Shown: in pieces, positions 1 through 9,436 of the stretch
How positions within the stretch are numbered: the stretch's first letter is position 1
How the letters are laid out: every line of letters starts with the position of its first letter
Source of the DNA: an uncultured Lachnospiraceae bacterium
GTDB lineage: Bacteria > Bacillota > Clostridia > Lachnospirales > Lachnospiraceae
NCBI GenBank assembly: GCA_910580015.1
Contig: CAJTVT010000011.1
Coordinates: 674-64,673 of the forward strand
Direction of reading: 5' to 3'
Length of the DNA: 64,000 bases
The notes under the pieces: model-generated
What the model was told of the DNA's origin: nothing
Databases searched by the model: none
The model's input: only the letters and a program-made list of their open reading frames with translations
Made by a program: the position numbers and the translations under genes

Positions 1-303
1 CCAGAATGCATCCATATAATACCGGTACGCAGCCGGATGAACCCACTCCAGTATGGGAAGAGCAGCTTTGTACAAACGGACTGTTTTGGAACTGCTTCTT
101 CCAGTAACAGTTAACAATCTGCAGGTCATTTCTGTTTCAGTCTGGGGATTTTGGATTGTCTGGGGCATGGTCAATTTTGTCACCAAAGCTTTCAGAACAC
201 GTTCCTTCCCAAGCATCCGAATGGAGCGAAACGGGAACTCTCCTGTGACGGAAAGCAGTGTGATGAGCTGCCAGACCTGACTGCCCGGACGGAAGTGCAG
301 CAT
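1..303 (-). CDS. Hypothetical ICE protein, 5' part (MLHFRPGSQVWQLITLLSVTGEFP...), runs off the window
   Basis: Manual translation: ATG at 303 after a GGAGAGGG RBS-like tract, open to base 1. Co-oriented with the operon; absent from the ORF track because it is incomplete. Confidence 0.75.
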   Translation of the reverse strand, partial: MLHFRPGSQVWQLITLLSVTGEFPFRSIRMLGKERVLKALVTKLTMPQTIQNPQTETEMTCRLLTVTGRSSSKTVRLYKAALPILEWVHPAAYRYYMDAFW

Positions 304-482
304 TTTAACCCTCTCCCGATTTGAAGCATTTTCCGACAACATGACTGCTCTCTTTGTCGGATTTTCCTGCATAGTGCCTCCCCCAGACCGCAGCAATACC
401 GGGCGTTTTCTGCCTTTGGGAAGATATGTATTTTTCAGGGACAGAACTCTGCCTGTTTTTACATATGTTTTTCCGCTTAAAT

Positions 483-1163
483 CTACCGTGTTTCATATAA
501 TTTCACCCCCTTATCCGGCATAGCGCGCTCTGTCACCAGCCATAATGGAAAATCATTTTTAGGTACAACATATACCTCGGTACGGTCATCCGTCCCCGAT
601 ACACTGCAGTAATAATGGGCGCACACCTTCGGACTGTCATCGGGCATAACATACAATGCCACAATGTCCGATACCATATTGACCTCAATATTGTCATGAT
701 CCCGTTTCTGGCGCTCTGGCCGATCCCTGCTATAGACATGCCGGTAAACCAAAACACAGTCCCGGTACCGGACCGGCGGCTGTGTCTGGAAAAACCTCCG
801 CATGGCAGGGTATAAAAAAGAGCGGATATAATCCGCTGAACCAGAAGACTTTTTGGGAAGCAACACCGGAATACGGAGCGCAAACCAGCCATCTGCCGTA
901 AAGCCAATCTCAACCGGAATGCTTTCTGCCATACAGTTTTCTACTGCAGCTCCCGCCATAGGGCATCCAGTATATGCCGGAAGCCTTCTTGTGAAAAGCG
1001 CCAGCCGTTCTGAAATTTCTTCCAGCCGGAGGGCTGCATCGTATGCCGCCTGAAAATCCGCATCTTTGTAAAAGCGGCGCACATAAGCCATCTCTGACTC
1101 CAGACTTCGTTTCGCCAGCTCCACTTTATCCAGGACTTTTATGAATGAATTCTCTCCTGCCAT
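483..1163 (-). CDS. Hypothetical ICE protein (DUF6100-like; possible RusA-like nuclease fold)
   Basis: 226-aa ORF overlapping the upstream gene; RDHDN..(x)..D acidic motif; family name from recollection. Confidence 0.65.
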   Translation of the reverse strand: MAGENSFIKVLDKVELAKRSLESEMAYVRRFYKDADFQAAYDAALRLEEISERLALFTRRLPAYTGCPMAGAAVENCMAESIPVEIGFTADGWFALRIPVLLPKKSSGSADYIRSFLYPAMRRFFQTQPPVRYRDCVLVYRHVYSRDRPERQKRDHDNIEVNMVSDIVALYVMPDDSPKVCAHYYCSVSGTDDRTEVYVVPKNDFPLWLVTERAMPDKGVKLYETR

Positions 1164-1686
1164 TTCCTACCGCCTCCTCTGAATAAAAAATAATTTTTGG
1201 TTCCTCCTCCCCCTGAAAATCAACCGTTGCAAACAGACACGGCGCATCCGGCAGTTTCAATTTTTCCGCCATTGCAATATGGGGGACAATAATGATATAT
1301 TTCAAATCCTCCTGCGGCTGTAAAAGCCTTAACTGGCTCTGTTCTCCTTCATAGAGAACCACAATTTCATACCCGATGTTTTCCTTTAGAAAGAAAAGCT
1401 GCGACGGGTAGACCGCAGGGTAATGAGCCATCGGATCTACATAGTCAATAAACTTGAGCAGCACCCATACTGCCAGTATGATACGCTGATCCGGACGACA
1501 CATGGGATCCAGGCCAACGTAATAGCCGCCTGACACATCTGCTATCTGCATCTGCTTTTTCAGGTTCCGAAGAATCTTTTCGGCTGTCTTCTCCGGCTTT
1601 TGCAGCATCCGGACAATCTGTGTCTTTGGCAACGCCCCATACTGGGACAGCCATTTCACAACGTACTGCTCATCCTGTAACAGCAT
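1126..1686 (-). CDS. Hypothetical ICE protein (DUF5697-like), N-terminal wHTH-like region
   Basis: ATG at 1686 after an AGGAGGTG RBS; lies downstream of virB4. Confidence 0.65.
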   Translation of the reverse strand: MLLQDEQYVVKWLSQYGALPKTQIVRMLQKPEKTAEKILRNLKKQMQIADVSGGYYVGLDPMCRPDQRIILAVWVLLKFIDYVDPMAHYPAVYPSQLFFLKENIGYEIVVLYEGEQSQLRLLQPQEDLKYIIIVPHIAMAEKLKLPDAPCLFATVDFQGEEEPKIIFYSEEAVGNGRREFIHKSPG

Positions 1687-1751
1687 TTCTGCCACCTCCT
1701 TGTCAGTATAATAAATGTGGGCTGTAAGTATTTGCGCCCAAATAAGTATTT

Positions 1752-4310
1752 CTATGCGGAATGCGTTTTTTCTTTCTGCCGCTCCCGCAAAATTGCTTCC
1801 AGTTCCGCACGGTCTGTAGTAATCATTTCCTGTTCTTCCTTGGAAGCTTTGATTACTACCGGCACCTTATTGTTGTTCGAGTATACTAACGCTTCCCCTC
1901 TCTCGAACCTTGTAATGGAACGGACCTCTGTTTTCGTCAGCTTCAGGACATCCTGGACATAACGAGCCTCATCCGGCTCCAGGTTCAAAATAATTTTATT
2001 TTTTGAATTATTGACGATTGCCCGTCCGTACTTCCCATCTTCCAGGCTGAAGAAATCCGACAAATCCTGCGTAGCTGAAATAGCAGCCCCGCCAAATCCC
2101 CGGATTGTCTTAAAAATCGTCAGGCAGAATTCCGCTGCCTGCCTGTTGGAAGATGCCCCTACAAGCTGCCAGATTTCATCAATCATGATCGCTTTCTTTT
2201 TTGTCCGGTCTGCTTTCACATTATCCCAAACATAGTCCAGGGCAATCATCATCCCCACCGGAAGCAGCTTGCCCTTCAGTTCAGACAAATCCAGTACAAT
2301 ATATTTATTGCTCAAATCCACATTGGTCTGTTGGTTAAAGGACTGCGCTGAACCTGTAACAAAGCGGCTTACAATAACGGCAATCCGCTGCGTCATTGGG
2401 TTTTCCAATAGATTTTTATGGAGATCCTCAAGAATCGGCATCGTCTTCATCTTTGGATGTGCCGCTTTCCTGTTTTTATATAAAGAATCGTTATCATGCG
2501 TGATGCCGAAATCAGCATATGTCTTAATCAACGCCTCATCCAACATCTGTTCCTCCTCATTCGTCATGTCTGGAATCAGCAGGGAAAAGAAAATCATCAG
2601 CTGCTGGATTTTCCTTGCAAGCATGGAATCCATCTCGCTGTAATCCATCTCGTCAATCAGTTCCATCTCTGGTGTAATCGTATGCCGGATTTCCATGACA
2701 TTGATACAATGCGGAGAACCCGGCGCTATCTTGATATACTGGCCGCCGATCCGGTGACAGGCCCTTTTGAACTCATGTCCTTTAATCGGAGCCAGAATAT
2801 AGCACTGGATTCCTCTCATGCGCATCCTAAGCGCAAGCAGCTGAAGCGTAAAGGTCTTTCCGGCTCCGCTGGTACCGAGCAGGTTCAGGTTGGCATTTTT
2901 ATTTTTCTTCGTATTAAACAGGTCTACAATACACAGTGAATTGTTATGCCGGTTGACGCCCAGCAGCACACCTGTATCATCCGACATTTCAAAGCTTGTA
3001 AACATATAGGTAGACGCTGCTCCGCTGGTAAGCACATTCCTCTGGGACTTCTTTTCCAGAGACGGCGCTATCTGCAGAAACGGCATTACGGATCGCAGCG
3101 CCGCCTCCTGCTGGAATTTACAGTCGCTAATATACATATCCATAGATTTCAACATATCGGAAATCTGCTGCTTCCGCCACATCAGCTCCTCATAGCTTTT
3201 CGCTGATACCGTCACAAACACAGACATGTAAAATAAATCCTCATTGTTATTTGCAATCCCATGCTTTATGAAATACCCTGCCTGAATAGAATTCGTAAGT
3301 TCCTCGTAATCGGTACTGGTGTCCTGCATACTTTTGAGTTTCGTGCGGTTCAACCGGATACGCTGCGCCACCTTGTCAATCGTTTTACTTCGGTTCTCAC
3401 GGCGGAGATGGACATCTATGTCAATCCCTTCCCCGGCATTGATCAGCGCCGACATCCAGCCTGCACGTACCATACCGGGATAGCCGTTCCCTTTGATATA
3501 TAAAAACGAATAGTACAGCCCGTCCATAATGATATAGTTATAATGCGTCAGGTCAATCCCACGCGGTGACAGAAAATGCGCCATTCGGATATGCGGTATC
3601 GGGTCCACCCCGATGACCCGATTCTTTGCCGCCATTGTGTCAACCACTACCCGGTTCATCCGCAAAGAGAATGCCTCATCCACACAGGAACAGCGGTTAA
3701 AAAACATATACAGGATTTCCACCGTAGCTTCATCCGGATCCCTTGGCTGCAGGATAGAGTTTCCACATTGCAGAAAATATGCTTTTGCATTCTGTTCTGC
3801 GGTCTGCAGCATTCCGTATATCTGAGAAAAATCGTCATTATCCCCTCGTCTGATTTCTTCATACTGGAAAATCAAAAAGAAGCGCCTTGTCAGCGCCTCC
3901 CTGCTTCCCACATCTTTAATCAGGCGGATATATCCTTCACCGAGCGACCTGCACTGCCTATCCTCTTCCTCTGCCAGCTCTTCCTGGATCATTGCCACAT
4001 GTTTATCAGAATCCGCTTTTCTGGTAATGCTCTTAAACTGCAGGCGCATAGGTGAAATTTTCAGCCAGCTTGCAAAGGATGAAATGATGCTAAACTGCTC
4101 TTCCCCGGAACGGAGCATGAAATTAATCGGCTCTATCTCCAGAATCTTGATAAATCTTCCGTCCGTTGTCTGTATGATTCCGTGTGTAATGTCTTTAATT
4201 GGAATAAAATCCTGCACGAAATCAAGCTTTTCCAGCTTTTTTCTTTGTTTTTTCAACTTTTTTCTTTGATCTGCCGCCTTTTTTTCTTTTGCGGAGCTGT
4301 TTCGGATCAT
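1752..4310 (-). CDS. virB4: VirB4/TraE-family conjugation ATPase
   Basis: 852 aa; Walker A GTSGAGKT, Walker B IMIDEIW, ATQ motif, GEAL near the C-terminus. Confidence 0.93.
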   Translation of the reverse strand: MIRNSSAKEKKAADQRKKLKKQRKKLEKLDFVQDFIPIKDITHGIIQTTDGRFIKILEIEPINFMLRSGEEQFSIISSFASWLKISPMRLQFKSITRKADSDKHVAMIQEELAEEEDRQCRSLGEGYIRLIKDVGSREALTRRFFLIFQYEEIRRGDNDDFSQIYGMLQTAEQNAKAYFLQCGNSILQPRDPDEATVEILYMFFNRCSCVDEAFSLRMNRVVVDTMAAKNRVIGVDPIPHIRMAHFLSPRGIDLTHYNYIIMDGLYYSFLYIKGNGYPGMVRAGWMSALINAGEGIDIDVHLRRENRSKTIDKVAQRIRLNRTKLKSMQDTSTDYEELTNSIQAGYFIKHGIANNNEDLFYMSVFVTVSAKSYEELMWRKQQISDMLKSMDMYISDCKFQQEAALRSVMPFLQIAPSLEKKSQRNVLTSGAASTYMFTSFEMSDDTGVLLGVNRHNNSLCIVDLFNTKKNKNANLNLLGTSGAGKTFTLQLLALRMRMRGIQCYILAPIKGHEFKRACHRIGGQYIKIAPGSPHCINVMEIRHTITPEMELIDEMDYSEMDSMLARKIQQLMIFFSLLIPDMTNEEEQMLDEALIKTYADFGITHDNDSLYKNRKAAHPKMKTMPILEDLHKNLLENPMTQRIAVIVSRFVTGSAQSFNQQTNVDLSNKYIVLDLSELKGKLLPVGMMIALDYVWDNVKADRTKKKAIMIDEIWQLVGASSNRQAAEFCLTIFKTIRGFGGAAISATQDLSDFFSLEDGKYGRAIVNNSKNKIILNLEPDEARYVQDVLKLTKTEVRSITRFERGEALVYSNNNKVPVVIKASKEEQEMITTDRAELEAILRERQKEKTHSA

Positions 4311-4638
4311 AATGATAACCCACCCTTCTGAAATGTAGTTTTCTTTTTTTCGCCATGTAGCGGACTATGTGAACCAGGTATTGAAAAAGGGAATCTCCGT
4401 CAATTCCCATCATGGCGACAACCGCTGTTGGCAGAAGCGTCACAGTCATGACGACAATTCGTATGGTTCCCGGCATGGAAATCAGCATCAGCTCCGGATA
4501 ACCCAAAAGCGCCACCAGTATAACTGCTTCAATCGCATTCCGCGGTTCCAGCATACCTCCCAAAATCTTACCTGAGTCTGTATAATTTGCCGGTATGGCA
4601 TAAATATTGTTATACTCTTTATCCTCCAAATAAATCAC
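4222..4638 (-). CDS. PrgI/VirB3-like small membrane T4SS component
   Basis: Two hydrophobic segments, IP(A)N..D motif, basic tail; immediately upstream of and overlapping virB4. Confidence 0.7.
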   Translation of the reverse strand: MIYLEDKEYNNIYAIPANYTDSGKILGGMLEPRNAIEAVILVALLGYPELMLISMPGTIRIVVMTVTLLPTAVVAMMGIDGDSLFQYLVHIVRYMAKKRKLHFRRVGYHYDPKQLRKRKKGGRSKKKVEKTKKKAGKA

Positions 4639-6662
4639 CTGCCTAATCTGTAAATTGTTGCTGTTGTCCTAAACCGTCCAAGCCGCAGCGCCTCGTTATG
4701 GTCTGGAACGTAAATATCCACACGGTGTATGTCATTTTCAATTCCGGATCCGCCGCGATCTTCCACCGTATACATTGTACCGTTAATCATAATCTGTGTT
4801 CCAAACGGATAATGGCTGGACATGGCCACCATTCCCCTGGAAGCTATTTTCCCACTGGCAGTAATGCCGTTTGCATTGCTGCCGCAGCATTTTGCGCAGG
4901 CACAATAATGCGTCACGTCTACCTCCAGAGTTGAAATCGGCGTACCTTGAATATTGTCCGGAACCGGCGCGTCAAAATCCACATTCTGTGGCCTCCTAAG
5001 CTCCAATGTGGCTTCATAGCTTGGAGAATTTAAGATAACGCCTTCTCCGCCTGATGAATGTACCCACATCCGCCTGCCATCTTCTCCATATCCGGCAAAA
5101 ATAAGCACATGGCTCCACCCTTGTCCGTCCGATTCTCTTAAAAACCCCAAATCTCCAGGAAGAAGTTCACTTGCAGAAACAGCAGCCGTTTCTTCCCACT
5201 GATTCCATGTTCCCCCATAGAGGTTCACTCCCACAGCCGTCTTATAGGTCCAGTCAGTAAAGCCGGAACAATCCAACCCATACGGTCTGATGGTTCCGCT
5301 TGTTGTAGAACCTGCAGCTGTTACCAGCTTTGGCGTATTCCATTCATCATTCCATCCCGGACCTGATTTTCCACCCCAGAAATACGGAACCTTCCCTACG
5401 AGCGAAAGAGCTGTTGTCAAAATATGTTTTCGTGTAGCATTACAGTTTTGCCGGTTCACAAATGCGATTAATTCCGCATCTGTCAAAGGAACAGACTGCC
5501 CGTTTCCTGCTATTCCATACAGCGTCATTTTAAGAGCTGTGGCCATCTTTTGGATTGCTTCTCCATAAGTGATTCCAAATTGCTCGTATGGCGCATCCAG
5601 GTTAATCCCAAATGCTGTGGCAATTACGGCATTATCAAATGGATGAATCGTACATTCTATATATTTAATTGTCTCCGTCCCCGGCGTAACTGTTTCTTTC
5701 CCATCCGCCTGATAATAGGTTTCCTCCGTAGTGCCGGTGACTGCGCCGCCAGAATAAACCGGGAGGGATACTGTCACGCTTTTATATGCGTCAATCTCAA
5801 CCGGCTCATTACTGGTATGGGATTCATCCGGCAGGTAATATGTCTTTTCTGCGGTTTCATACCGGTACTGCGCCACCCCATTGACGGTGCCTGTTTTCAC
5901 TTTATCGGTTACAACCGTCAGTGTCACTGGTTGATAGGTATAATAAGTGACAGGGATAATGATTTCCTTCTGCTTTTCCTCTGATGTGACCGGGAACATG
6001 CTCCCGGCAACGTTTCCGAGTTTTGAAACCATATCCTCTTTCTTTGTGTTTTGCTGCTGCATGGAGGCTGAATATGCCGCCAGGATATAGCTGACATCAT
6101 ATCCCGATGAACTTTGCGCATAATTAACCAGAGCCTCCATAGATAAGTCATAGTCATACCCGCCATCGGATATCATGCTCTCCACTTTGGCAAGCGCCTG
6201 GCTATACCCATCATCCACCACGTCAGAAACCGCCCCTGCCATCTCCGCATAAACCGCAGTCGGCGTGACACCCTCTATCGGCTTGTTCCCATCCAGCCCA
6301 AATATGCTGTTAAAAACAATCGAGGGCAAGGACACTATCATAACAATCAGAAACAGCAGGAATAGACAGATACAAACTAAAACTTTGAACAAAGTATGAC
6401 GCATAGACCAGGCAGCCGAAAGAACAGCTCCCCATGGCCCTCCTGCAGCCGTTCCCGCTGCAATCTCAGCGGCAGCTTTGCCACCCTCTACACCGGCTTT
6501 TACAGTCGCTGCAGCCGCATTGGATGCCTGTTCTGCTCCTTTAGCGGCAGTCTGCTTCACAGCTTCCTGCCCGGACTGTCTGGCTGCTTTCGCCATCTGG
6601 CCGGCTGCCTGCCCATAATTGTCAGATCCATCACCAATCTGCTGCTTTGACGGTTCAGCCAT
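4635..6662 (-). CDS. Conjugative cell-wall hydrolase (TM + NlpC/P60 + C-terminal 3D domain), VirB1-like
   Basis: PYFWGG, GLDCSGF and WSHV..H NlpC/P60 motifs; GITASG, VEDRG and VDIY 3D-domain motifs; AAGGAGG RBS before ATG 6662. Confidence 0.88.
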   Translation of the reverse strand: MAEPSKQQIGDGSDNYGQAAGQMAKAARQSGQEAVKQTAAKGAEQASNAAAATVKAGVEGGKAAAEIAAGTAAGGPWGAVLSAAWSMRHTLFKVLVCICLFLLFLIVMIVSLPSIVFNSIFGLDGNKPIEGVTPTAVYAEMAGAVSDVVDDGYSQALAKVESMISDGGYDYDLSMEALVNYAQSSSGYDVSYILAAYSASMQQQNTKKEDMVSKLGNVAGSMFPVTSEEKQKEIIIPVTYYTYQPVTLTVVTDKVKTGTVNGVAQYRYETAEKTYYLPDESHTSNEPVEIDAYKSVTVSLPVYSGGAVTGTTEETYYQADGKETVTPGTETIKYIECTIHPFDNAVIATAFGINLDAPYEQFGITYGEAIQKMATALKMTLYGIAGNGQSVPLTDAELIAFVNRQNCNATRKHILTTALSLVGKVPYFWGGKSGPGWNDEWNTPKLVTAAGSTTSGTIRPYGLDCSGFTDWTYKTAVGVNLYGGTWNQWEETAAVSASELLPGDLGFLRESDGQGWSHVLIFAGYGEDGRRMWVHSSGGEGVILNSPSYEATLELRRPQNVDFDAPVPDNIQGTPISTLEVDVTHYCACAKCCGSNANGITASGKIASRGMVAMSSHYPFGTQIMINGTMYTVEDRGGSGIENDIHRVDIYVPDHNEALRLGRFRTTATIYRLGR

Positions 6663-6765
6663 CTTCTCCACCTCCTTATTTCAAGCTGCAATGCTGCAGT
6701 ATATATTTCTTCCATAAACGTAGAAAAGCCGGATCAGTTTCCCTGGTCCAGCTTTCCGTTTTTCA

Positions 6766-8862
6766 TTATCTTTTACGTCTCGGCGGCTTACTCCCAAAAT
6801 TCTTTCTCGGTTTCGGCTCCTCAAACCGTGCCGGCGTCTGCTTGTAACGCACGGTTTCCACCGACACAGAGCGGACATTCTCTCCGTCATAAACGGGTTT
6901 TCCATTTTCATATACAGGCTTGTGTTCCACAGATGCCTCTCCACGTACCGCATACCACTGCCCGCCGCGCGCATCTTCAAATACCTGATAATCACCGCGG
7001 GGTGCAGCATACTGCGCAGTGTCAAAGAACATCGTACCCGAACCATTCTCATGACGAACTTCAAAATGTCCATCCGCACGGCCGGAACCATCCACAGAAG
7101 ATATCTGCTGCTCATATCCCGGCATAAATTCCTGGAACTGTGCCTGATTATACATGGCTGCCGCAGCGCCGGATTCAAATTCCGGCGTCTGGGCATGCTG
7201 CTGCATTGCATACCAATCCACACCGTTTGCTGACTGCATAATCGTATGCGGCGCATCTGGCTCATCATAGTAAGCGCTGTTATACCACATAGAATTGCTG
7301 CCATCGGCTCCGCTCGCCTCGATAACGCCGTCTCCGACTGTCCGCAGCGTTGTCCCCTCTGCTGCATCCGGAAAGGCCTGTGCGACCTGGGCTGCCTCGG
7401 AGATATCCCCGGAAAATGCAGGTGCATCGTAAAATGCCCCAGCGCCTGCCCCGGATGCCATCTGATACCACTGGCTGCCGTCTGATGCCGTAATAACGGA
7501 ATGCGGCCCGTCCGGCTTGTCAAACTGGGCTGCGTGATACATCTCCACATTGGAACTCTGTCCGTTTGCAGATGTAGCAACGGTGCTGATCTGTCCGCCG
7601 GATATCTGCGTATCCTTTAACTGGTATCCGCCAAGCTGCGGCATATAGTTACCAAGGCTGCGGTCTGCAATATCTCCAGCTATGCTGCCTGATACATTTG
7701 GACTTCTGGATGCAACCGAAGAAATAGAATCTCCTGTAAGAGCCGCCCCGTTACGGGCTGCCATTCCTCCAAAAGCACGACCCACAAAGCCCACGCTTCC
7801 ACCGGCCCCCATACGGATTCCGCCATCCACAACTGCATCCCTCACATAACTGTTGCCCTTAAATTTGCTGGCAAACCCGGCCGCGAATCCACTTGCCGCC
7901 GCACCGGTTCCGGTTACAGTGCTTCCGCCTTTTCCGAAAACGCTTCCAGCGCTTCTGGCCCCGCCTCCGACACCGCTGATTACCCTTGCCGCCATTAAAA
8001 GCTCCATGCCCATACTGGAACCGGTCTGTGCTACATTCAGTCCCATCGCCGCCAGATAGGAATCAAATTTCTGTGCCGTTTTTAAGAACGCCAAGGCGCA
8101 AAACAGCCAAAGGAAGATGCTGCCCTGACCTGTCGAAAGCGCACCGCCATTTCCCATATACTGTCCTACGGAAGAGTTGAACCCCCGCAGAAACCATACA
8201 TTCATTACAAGCAAAAGCAATTGGGAGCCAACCATCCTGCACCAGCTCTTGAATACTGGCGCTGTCGTTTTGGAAGCCCCCATGGAAAATGCCAGAGGGG
8301 AAGTATAGCAAAGAACGCCTACCACAATATACCGCTCTACTGTTTCAAGCAATAGCTTAAAATAATTCCATCCCAGAGAAATCTCCAGAATAACCAAAAG
8401 CAGCAGCCCTACCACAGACACAACCGCGACAATCGTAGTCAGCCCATTTGATAATGCTTCCTCAACGCCGGCAAACGTAAAGTCCTCCGCCGTCATACTG
8501 ATATCCATAAGAGCCGTATATGGAGCCCTTGCAATATCCAGCGTAATCATAAAAATCGGCCGGGCATACCCTATCAGCAATGCAAAGATAGAACTCCTTG
8601 CAAGCAGTGTCCACGGATTCTCCGCTTCCGTAATCGGGCCTCCAAACACACGGAAGAGCTGCCATACCGTAATCAGGAACAGTACCGCCCACGCGGTGTA
8701 CTGTATAACCGTAAAGGCTTTGGCCACAAATGGAAAATATTCCTCCATTGCTGTCATATCAGTTCCAAGCGCCTGAAGGAACAAGCCGGAAACCGCATCC
8801 ATCATTTTGGATACGATACTGCTAATCCAGTTCACAATCCCTTCAAATATCCAGTCAAGCAT
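6766..8862 (-). CDS. VirB6/TrbL-like polytopic membrane protein with a long repeated C-terminal extension
   Basis: About 6-7 hydrophobic segments in the first ~290 aa, a Gly/Ala-rich linker, then a hydrophilic repeat region; T4SS context. Confidence 0.8.
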   Translation of the reverse strand: MLDWIFEGIVNWISSIVSKMMDAVSGLFLQALGTDMTAMEEYFPFVAKAFTVIQYTAWAVLFLITVWQLFRVFGGPITEAENPWTLLARSSIFALLIGYARPIFMITLDIARAPYTALMDISMTAEDFTFAGVEEALSNGLTTIVAVVSVVGLLLLVILEISLGWNYFKLLLETVERYIVVGVLCYTSPLAFSMGASKTTAPVFKSWCRMVGSQLLLLVMNVWFLRGFNSSVGQYMGNGGALSTGQGSIFLWLFCALAFLKTAQKFDSYLAAMGLNVAQTGSSMGMELLMAARVISGVGGGARSAGSVFGKGGSTVTGTGAAASGFAAGFASKFKGNSYVRDAVVDGGIRMGAGGSVGFVGRAFGGMAARNGAALTGDSISSVASRSPNVSGSIAGDIADRSLGNYMPQLGGYQLKDTQISGGQISTVATSANGQSSNVEMYHAAQFDKPDGPHSVITASDGSQWYQMASGAGAGAFYDAPAFSGDISEAAQVAQAFPDAAEGTTLRTVGDGVIEASGADGSNSMWYNSAYYDEPDAPHTIMQSANGVDWYAMQQHAQTPEFESGAAAAMYNQAQFQEFMPGYEQQISSVDGSGRADGHFEVRHENGSGTMFFDTAQYAAPRGDYQVFEDARGGQWYAVRGEASVEHKPVYENGKPVYDGENVRSVSVETVRYKQTPARFEEPKPRKNFGSKPPRRKR

Positions 8863-8897
8863 CTTTCACCACCTCCCATCTGGCTTGACCGGGAAAT

Positions 8898-9257
8898 TTA
8901 ACCTGCGTAATTTCCACCGGCAATCAACGGCTGCAGGTAAGCAACGATAAAGCCCAGTGAATTGAGGACAATCCATGTCACTACAATCCGCTTCAGCCAA
9001 CTGGTTGCTTCATCCACTGCACGCTGGTTCCTGGAAACCATCCTGACAATCAACGCAATCGCAGCGGCTGTGACCGCAACAATCGTACTGATTCCCACCA
9101 ACTGACCATACACATCTTTCATAATCTTGGAAAAACGATCCCAAATCGTGTCGGCCATGACCGGCTGCAGGGAAATAAGCGTCACACACGTCATCCCTAC
9201 CAGCGACCAGTAGGCAGTTTTCAGATGTTCCCTGCCCTTTTTCAGTTGTTTTACCAT
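8898..9257 (-). CDS. Pilin-like (VirB2/TrbC-like) membrane protein
   Basis: AAAGGAGG RBS before ATG 9257; signal-like segment ending VMA|D, then two TM segments joined by a basic loop. Confidence 0.72.
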   Translation of the reverse strand: MVKQLKKGREHLKTAYWSLVGMTCVTLISLQPVMADTIWDRFSKIMKDVYGQLVGISTIVAVTAAAIALIVRMVSRNQRAVDEATSWLKRIVVTWIVLNSLGFIVAYLQPLIAGGNYAG

Positions 9258-9287
9258 ACGAAGGTACCTCCTTTGATTTTTTGACAT

Positions 9288-9328
9288 AAAAAATGCCGCT
9301 CCAAAAGTTCTTACTCCTGAAACGGTAT
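9288..9328 (-). terminator. Hairpin plus U-tract in the leader of the transfer operon (possible attenuator)
   Basis: Minus strand ATACCGTTTCAGGAG-TAAGAA-CTTTTGGAGCGGCAT-TTTTT; the stem pairs through G-U only on this strand. Confidence 0.55.
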
Positions 9329-9361
9329 CTCCTACGCCCTCTCCCAATTTGGGACGATATC

Positions 9362-9431
9362 AGTATACCTCTTTTCCGTTTGCATGTCATCGGCTCTATA
9401 GCGCCACTTTTACGCCACTTTACTGCCATTT
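9362..9431 (-). promoter_or_regulatory. SigA-type promoter of the transfer operon with three upstream 11-bp-spaced direct repeats
   Basis: -35 ATGACA (9390-9385), 17-nt spacer, -10 TATACT (9367-9362); GCCAyTT at 9403, 9414 and 9425 on the + strand. Confidence 0.7.
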
Positions 9432-9436
9432 CATTT

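Noticed and set aside
305..496. 63-aa ORF between ICE genes
   Set aside because: No recognisable motif. It overlaps the upstream stop, so it could be real, but it cannot be supported.
6681..7580. 299-aa alternative-frame ORF inside the VirB6-like gene, and other long shadow ORFs (e.g. 61667..62533, 58816..59499)
   Set aside because: They overlap well-supported genes, have atypical composition and show no motifs.
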